A stretch of DNA of 64,000 nucleotides from Centroscyllium fabricii (lineage: Eukaryota): assembly GCA_051313645.2 (NCBI GenBank), contig JBNRSN020000005.1, positions 221,712,001-221,776,000 on the forward strand, written 5' to 3'. The notes below the pieces were generated by a model. The model worked only from the letters and a program-made list of their open reading frames with translations, had not been told where the DNA came from and searched no databases. A program made the translations under genes and the position numbers. Numbering within the stretch: position 1 is the first letter of the stretch; each line of letters begins with the position of its first letter. Positions 57,126-64,000 of this stretch are shown in pieces.

Positions 57126-59807
57126 ATGGGGTTCAGACTCGGTCTTTTCGGCGGGTTGGGCCACAAAATTGCAAATCCGGGGGATCGTGACCCCCCGCCA
57201 GTTTCCTCACGCATTGCGATTTCCCCCCTGCCGTGTTTGGTCGACCCGATTCGCGACCAGCGAGAATGGTCTTTAGGCACCTTAATCATCATTAATTGGC
57301 ATCTATAATGTCATTTAAAGGGGTCCTTGCAATTTTCAGCCTTTTCCCACACAAACTCCAGCAGCTGGGAACCTCGCCGCTGAAACCTGGCGGGGACACA
57401 ATCGGATTGCTGACTCCCAGCAGCAGGTCAATCATTAAGAAAGAGATTTAAACAGCCATCATTTGCAGCCGGCAGGACTTTGTTGTCTCAGGATTGGGGC
57501 CACTTGTCTTCAGGCTTCACCACCCCTGCACAAGGTTGGAGCCTCACACACTTCTCCAGTGTGACCTCCTGGGAAAGCCCTCTCTCCATCCTCACTCAGT
57601 GCTTCCTCAGCGGAGGCAGCCACCAGAAGCATGGGAGGCCTTTTTTTCCTTCCCTTCTTGGCATTAGATGATCTCTAGCAGCAGAGGCGGCAGCAGCAGA
57701 ACCAGGAACAACATCAGCACCGACAGCAGCAGCAGCAGCAGCAGCAGTAGGAGCGACAGGCTCCTGCTCACCCTCCGGAGGCAGCACAGGCCAGAAGGGT
57801 CCAGCACATGGAAGCCCGTCGGTGCAGGAGATACCCCCCAAACAGGGTCTACAGATGCAGGGTCAGCTACCTCAACATGTTTTAAGGTGGATAAATCCCC
57901 AGGACCTGATGGCTTACATCCTAGGGTCTTGAGGGAAGTGGCAGTAGGGATTGTGGATGCGTTGGTAATAATTTTTCAAAACTCTCTGGACTCGGCAAAG
58001 ATCCTGGCAGATTGGAAAGCTGCTAATGTAACGCCCTTATTTTAAAAGGGTAATAGACAGAAGGCTGGAAATTATAGACAAGTTAGCCTAACATCTGTGA
58101 TTGGCAAAATGTTAGAATCCATTATTAAGGAAACAATAACAGGGCATTTGGATAAACATAATTTAATCAGACAAAGTCAGCATGGTTTTACAAAGGGGAA
58201 GTCATGTTTGACAAATTTGCTAGAGTTCTTTGAGGACATAACATACAGGGTGGATAAAGGGGAACCAGTGGATGTAATGTATTTAGACGTACAAAAGGCA
58301 TTTGACAAGGTGCCACACAAAAGATTATTTAAAAGATTATTCAAGATTTAAAAAATCACGCGATTGGGGGTAATATTCTGGCATGGGTGGAGGATTGGCT
58401 TTCTAACAGAAAACAGAGAATTGGGATAAATGGTTTGTTCTCAGACTGGCAGCCAGTGACTAGTGGTGTTCCGCAAGGGTCGGTGCTGGGACCCCAACTC
58501 TTTACAATCTATATTAATGATTTGGAGGAAGGGACGAAGTGCAACATATCAAAGTTTGCGGATGACACAAAGATGGGAGGGAGTGTGATGAGTGAGGAGG
58601 ACATAAAAAATGTGCAAAAGGACATAGATAGGCTAAGTGAGTGGGCAGAGATTTGGCAGATGGAATATAATACTGAAAAGTGTGAAGTTATGCACTTTGG
58701 CAGGAAAAATAATAGAGCGAGTTATTATCTAAATGGTAAAGAAACTGGAAAGTACTTCAGTGCAAAGGGATCTGGGGGTCCTGGTGCAGGAAACACAAAA
58801 AGTTAATATGCAGGTGCAGCAGGTGGTCAGGAAGGCCAACGGAATGTTGGCTTTTATTGCTAAGGGGATGGAGTATAAAAGCAGGGAGGTCTTGCCGCAG
58901 TTGTACAGTATTGGTGAGACCACACCTAGAGTACTGCGTGCAGTTCTGGTATCCATATTTAAGAAAAGACATACTTGTTCTCGAGGTAGTGCAAAGAAGG
59001 TTCACTAGGTTAATTCCGGGGATTAGGGGGCTAACATATGACGAGAGGTTGAGTAGATTGGGCCTCTACTCATTGGAGTTCAGAAGAATGAGAGGCGATC
59101 TTATTGAAACATATAAGATTGTGAGAGGGCTTGATCGGGTGGATGCGGTGAGGATGTTCCCAATGGTGGGTGAAACTAGGACTAGAGGGCATAATCTTAA
59201 TATAAGGGGCTGCCATTTCAAAACTGAGATAAGGAGAAACTTCTTCACTCAGAGGGTGGTGGGGCTGTGGAATTTGCTGCCCCAGAGAGCTGTGGAAGCG
59301 ACTACATTGAATAAATTTAAAACAGAGATAGACAGTTTCGTGGAAGTAAAGGGAATTAGGGGTTATGGTGAGTGGGCAGGTAAAGGCCCTGTCACACCTA
59401 GACGTTTTAGCCAGCCTATGCAAATGAGGCTAAAACGCTGAACTTTTGACACTTTGTTCAGTGTTTGTGGTTTGGAAGCGTATTCATAGCGTATTTAACG
59501 TGTAAATAACGTACACGTAGCATACACGCAGCGTACATTGACGTTTCCGAGCGCTTTTCTGTGAAATAGTAACAGCGTCTGACCAGCGTATTGAACGTAT
59601 ACGTAGCGTATGCGTAACGTATACGTAACGTGCTGGACGTATGTATAGCGTATGCACAGCCGGCGCCAGCGTGTCTACCAAGATCAGGTGGGGTAGCCTA
59701 ATCAAAGGCTGTCATTGGACGATTCAAATCATACCACTACATACCACTAGACTTTAAAAGCAGCAGCTCCACACAATGCTTCCAGTCCTACCTGCTTTTG
59801 ATTCACT

Positions 59808-61197
59808 ATGCCGAGGAGAGGGTCCAGGAATGCTGCCAGGAAGTTTCGTGGCCATGGGCGCGGCTGCATGGAGGATCCAGCACCCACACCCTTGCCATCA
59901 CGCTCACCACCCTCTGACGGAGAGGATGCTGCTTCCAACGTCTCTCGGGCATCGTCTGTGGCTGCGTCCGTCGCCTCCACAGAGTCTCAGCCAAAGAAGC
60001 GTGCCAAGAAGACACAATATTGTCTTTGTGTTGAGGAGGAGCAGCAGATGCTTGAGTTCCTGAGTGAGAACGCCATCCTCTGGGACATTAAGAAGATAGA
60101 CTATCGGAGGGTGGACAAGAAGGCAAAGCTCTGGGCGGATCAGGCAAAGGCCATGGGGAAGAGTGTGGAGCACCTTCAAGGGTGGTTTAAATCCCTGCGA
60201 GACACACACACCCGTCTCCACAAGAAGAGAAGCGGTGATGGCGCCCATGATCTGACAGAGAGGGAGCAGTGGGTGAAGGCCAAGTTCGGCTTCCTCACGA
60301 CTGTGGTCCGCCATCGTCCTGAGCCCGTCCACAGTGTAAGTATAAACACATATTAATGTCCATAATAATATTTATTTATATTAGTTTTACTGTACTTTGC
60401 CTCGTATTTGTGCTTTGTTTTTTACTAATCATTTGTCATAATTGCAGGTAAAGGAGACCATAGCAGCACACAGCGGGGACCTCGAGGCTGGCGAGGCTGC
60501 CTGTGCAGAGATTGTGGTGCACGACGACAGCACACCCTCCCCTTTCCCCAGGGGGAAGCGTGCCCAGGAGGATGAGCAGCTGCACTCCATCCACAGAAGC
60601 ATGCAGGAGACTGGAGAGATCCTGAGGAATCTGGCGACGCCTCAGGCCATCACACCCAGATTAGCCTTCGCCAACTACGTGCGTGACACCCTGGCCAGCA
60701 TTCCAGAGGATGTCTACCAGGAGTCAAGGTTGCGCATAACTAACATGTTCACTGAGCTGCTGACCCCCACCTCCGTGCAATCTGCTTCAGCACCAGCTAC
60801 CTACACCCCCACGGCGTCGAGCTTCCAGCAAGGTACCCACAGCTGGAGACACACGGCACCAGCTGCGTCAGTCTACAGACAGCACTTTCAACAGCCGCCG
60901 TACCAGCAGGTGATGGGACCGTTAAACATTATGCCTCCTGCTCCTCATCATGTGTACCAGTTTCCTCCTCCTCCTCCTCCTCCTCCTCTGATGACGCAGC
61001 AACCAATCCTCGCCTCTTCATCTGCTGCTGTAGGGTCGACTGACCAGGTACTCACCTTGAGCCAAAGCACCTTGGACAATGCTGCTGATATGTTCAATCT
61101 GTCAGGATTCAGCTTTTCAGCTGGTCCCAATGCTGCAAGCAGCCCGCATGGGGAGCTGAGCACACTTCCACCATCAGAGGAGAGTGCTGCTGAATGA
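59808..61197 (+). CDS. MADF-domain DNA-binding protein with a BESS-like motif, 2 exons (59808-60335, 60448-61197), 425 aa
   Basis: MLEFLSENAILWDIKKIDYRRVDKKAKLW..LQGWFKSLRDTHTR (MADF); AFANYVRDTLASIPEDVYQESRLRITNMF (BESS-like); 112-bp GTAAGT..TACTAAT..TGCAG phase-0 intron; no stops. Confidence 0.85.
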
Positions 61198-61309
61198 ACA
61201 GTGACAATAGTTGATGTTTCAGTTGTTGCATTTTGTCTGTACCTTTTCAGACCATTGTTATTAAAGTTATTTAATGTTGAGTTTGTTCCTGTTATGTTTA
61301 AAGTTATTT

Positions 61310-61440
61310 CAGTTATTTAATAAAAGTTATAAAAGTTATTTAATAAAAGTTATTTAATAAAAGTTATTTAATAAAAGTTATTTAATAAAAGTTGAGTAAA
61401 CTATTGATGGTTATGTTATGTTGTTATTTAATAAAAGTTG
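61310..61440 (+). terminator. tandem poly(A)-signal array (TTATTTAATAAAAG)n
   Basis: About 6 AATAAA on + and overlapping ATTAAA on -, ~120 bp downstream of the MADF stop. Confidence 0.6.
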
Positions 61441-61544
61441 AGTAAACTCTTGATGTTTGTCTTGTTTCAATATTTAAATCATAAACAATAAATTACAATA
61501 ATAAAATCATACACTTTGGAAAAGGTACAATAATATAATGGAGG

Positions 61545-61582
<38 letters not shown>

Positions 61583-62544
61583 GTGGGGTAAAAAGGCTTT
61601 TTCAGATGTTCTGTGAGGAGCTGTAAGTAGAAACACGTTCAGTAAGTTCTGTGGACGTCCGGGAGACGTCAAATACATTGGAGAGACATTACACATAAGT
61701 TCGAAACACGTTCCTCATAGGTTAGACATAAAATCTTTGAAAAAAAGACATTTATTCGACGTGTTTTGACGTATGACTAACGTCTGTCTAACGTGCCTAC
61801 AACGTATGCTCAGCGTATGATGAACGTATAAATAGATACATTTATACGTCGTGATTTTTTGTGCATGCACAAAAAATCACCACTTATACGACTTATACAA
61901 CTTATGGCCAGCGTATGGCAACGTGCTCTTAACGTATGCATAACGTACCCATAACTTGTCCAACGTATACCAGCGTATCGGCCATATTTGCATACGCAAG
62001 CTAAAACGCTAAGGTGTGACAGGGCCTTAAGTGGACGTGAGGCTAGGTTCAGATCGGCCATGTGATCTCCTGGACCGGTTTTTGATCGCCTAGATGGGCC
62101 GGAGAGGAATTTCCCAGATTTTTTCTCCCAAATTGGCCACTGGGTTTTTTATCTGGTTTTTCACCTCTCCCGGGTGATCACATAGGTTTGGGCGGGATGG
62201 AGAGTAAAAGTGAAATTGAGGTTAGGATCAGATCAGCCATGATCTTGCTGAATGGCGGAGCAGGCTCGAGAGGCCGATTGGCCGACTCCTGCTCCTATTT
62301 CTTATGTTCTTATGACTGAGCAGCAGTGCCAAAGGTGGCTCCGACTTTCGCGTCATGCCGTGACTGACATCTGCGCAATGCTACAGCAAGTCCTGGAGCC
62401 CAGAGCAATAGATGGACGCTCCTTACCAGTGGTCATCAAAGTCACCACTGCACTCAACCTTTTTTGCCTCAGGCTCATTGCAAGGATCATCAGCAGACAT
62501 CAGCGGCATTTCCCAGTCGGGCGCACACACTTGCATCATGCAGA

Positions 62545-64000
62545 TCATAGAGTCATAGAGTCATAGAGTAATACAGCACAGAAAGAGGCCCTTCGGCTCA
62601 TTGCATCCCTGCCGCCCATCAATCCCAGTCTATACTACTCCCATTTTCCCGCATTTGGTCCATAGCCTTGTATGCTGTGGCATTTCAAGTGCTCATCCAA
62701 ATGCTTCTTGAATGTTGTGAGGTTTCCCGCCTCCACCACCCTCTCAGGCAGCAGGTTCCAGACTCCAACCACCCTCTGGGTGAAAAAGTTCTTCCTCACA
62801 TCCCCACGATACCTCCTGCCCCTTACCCTGAAATTATGCCCCCTAGTTATTGACCCCTCAACCAAGGGGAAACGTTCCACTCCATCCACCCTATCTATTC
62901 CCCTCATAATTTTGTACACCTCAATCAGGTCCCCCTCAACCTCCTCTGCTCCAAGGAAAACAACCACAGCCTCTCCAGTCTCTCTTCATAGCTGAAGCTC
63001 CCCAGCCCAGGCAGCATACTGGTGAATCTCCTCTGCACCCTCTCCAAAGCTATTACATCCTTCCTGTAGTGTGGCGACCAGAACTGCACACAGTACTCCA
63101 GCTGTGGCCTTACCAGCGTTTTGTACAGCTCCATCATAACCTCCCTGCTCTTATATTCTATGCCTCGGCTAATGAAGGCTAGTATCCCGGCGGCAGGGCG
63201 GCACGGTGGCGTAGTGGTTAGCACTGTTGCCTTACAGCACTGGAGACCCGGGTTCAAATCCAGCCTCGGTTACTATCTGTGTGGAGTTTGCACATTCTCC
63301 CCGTGTCTGCGTGGGTTTCCTCCGGGAGCTCCGGTTTCCTCCCACAGTCCAAAAATGTGCGGGTTAGGTTGATTGGCCACGATAAAATTGACTCTTAGTG
63401 TTAGGGGGATTGAATATGTGGGGTTACGGGGATAGGGTGGGTTATGTGTCGGTGCGGGATTGAGGGATATGGGGACAAGGCAGGGACAGGGTGCTGGGTT
63501 TGGATGATCAGCCATGATCTCATTGAATGGTGGAGCAGGCTCGAAGGGCCGAATGGCCTACTCCTGCTCCTATCTTCTATGTTTCTATGTTTCTATCCCA
63601 TTAATATAGACTACAAACAGCAAGGGACCCAACACCGATCCCTGCAGTACCCCACTGGACACAGGCTTCCAGTCACAAAAACAAACTTCGACCATCACCC
63701 TCTGCCTCCTGTCACTAAGCCAGTTTTGGATTCACTGTGCCAAGGTGCCCTGGATCCCATGGGCTCTTACCTTCTTGACCAGTCTCCTATGCGGGACCTT
63801 ATCAAAAGCCTTACTAAAATCCATGTATACCACATCCACTGCACTACCCTCATCCACACACCTGGTCACCCCTTCAAAAAATTCAATCAAATTAGTCAGA
63901 CATGATCTTCCCTTGACGAAGCCATGCTGACTATCCTTAATTAATCCTTGCCCCTCCAAGTGGAGACTAATTCTGTCCCTCAGGAGTTTTTCTAGTAATT
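62545..64000 (-). mobile_element. CR1 LINE fragment (RT and 3' end), internally deleted, interrupted by a SINE
   Basis: SQHGFVKGRSCLTNLIEFFE..DFSKAFDKVPH; VRPQLEYCVQFWSP; FTQRVVGVWN. Confidence 0.9.
63196..63593 (+). mobile_element. HE1-like V-SINE
   Basis: A/B boxes, V-domain, CR1-like tail; TATCCC duplicated on both flanks (63183-63188, 63594-63599). Confidence 0.9.

Larger units (their letters stand above)
59384..62027. mobile_element. non-autonomous Harbinger/PIF element carrying only a MADF gene (2644 bp)
   Basis: Perfect 16-bp TIR AGGCCCTGTCACACCT (imperfect to ~47 bp); TAA TSD on both sides; no transposase seen. Confidence 0.93.
57880..62311 (+). mobile_element. CR1 LINE (RT to 3' tail), split at 59383/62028 by the MADF transposon
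   Basis: KSPGPDGLHPRVL, QHGFTKGKSCLTNL, GVPQGSVLGP, KFADDTK; rejoins as GGGCAGGTAA|GTGGACGTGAGG; (TTCTTATG)n tail. Confidence 0.93.
57128..62545 (+). mobile_element. second Harbinger (relative of 5157-15383): 5' part 57128-57879 and continuation ~62312-62545, split by CR1
   Basis: MGGLFFLPFL..RYPPNRVYRCRVSYLNM | MTEQQCQRWLRLSRHAVTDICAMLQQVLEP matches transposase 1; contains premature stops. Confidence 0.88.

Overview
Eukaryotic genomic DNA, most likely from a cartilaginous fish (inferred from HE1-type V-SINEs, abundant CR1/L2 LINEs and Harbinger relics). The only host gene I can support is a tachykinin receptor, most similar to TACR2, on the minus strand: exon 1 CDS 51922-52295 and exon 2 50086-50280. 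I found no exon 3, so the first ~50 kb is probably one giant intron. The rest is nested transposable elements: six Gypsy LTR elements from three lineages, solo LTRs, several Harbinger/PIF transposons, a Tigger-like MITE, LINE fragments, SINEs and four minisatellites. The best candidate for an undescribed system is one Gypsy lineage present in three diverged copies (9854-14710 intact; 16421-21176; 21177-25027). It has no tRNA primer-binding site. In the two copies with an intact 5' LTR, the PBS position base-pairs with the LTR's own poly(A)-signal region, closing a multi-hairpin RNA fold with compensatory substitutions, and the RT has YLDN instead of YxDD. Also notable are a transposase-less Harbinger carrying an intact spliced MADF(-BESS-like) gene (59384-62027) and minisatellites flanking TACR2 exon 1, one of which mimics its splice donor. 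Boundaries of degenerate fragments are approximate, and no database searches were run.
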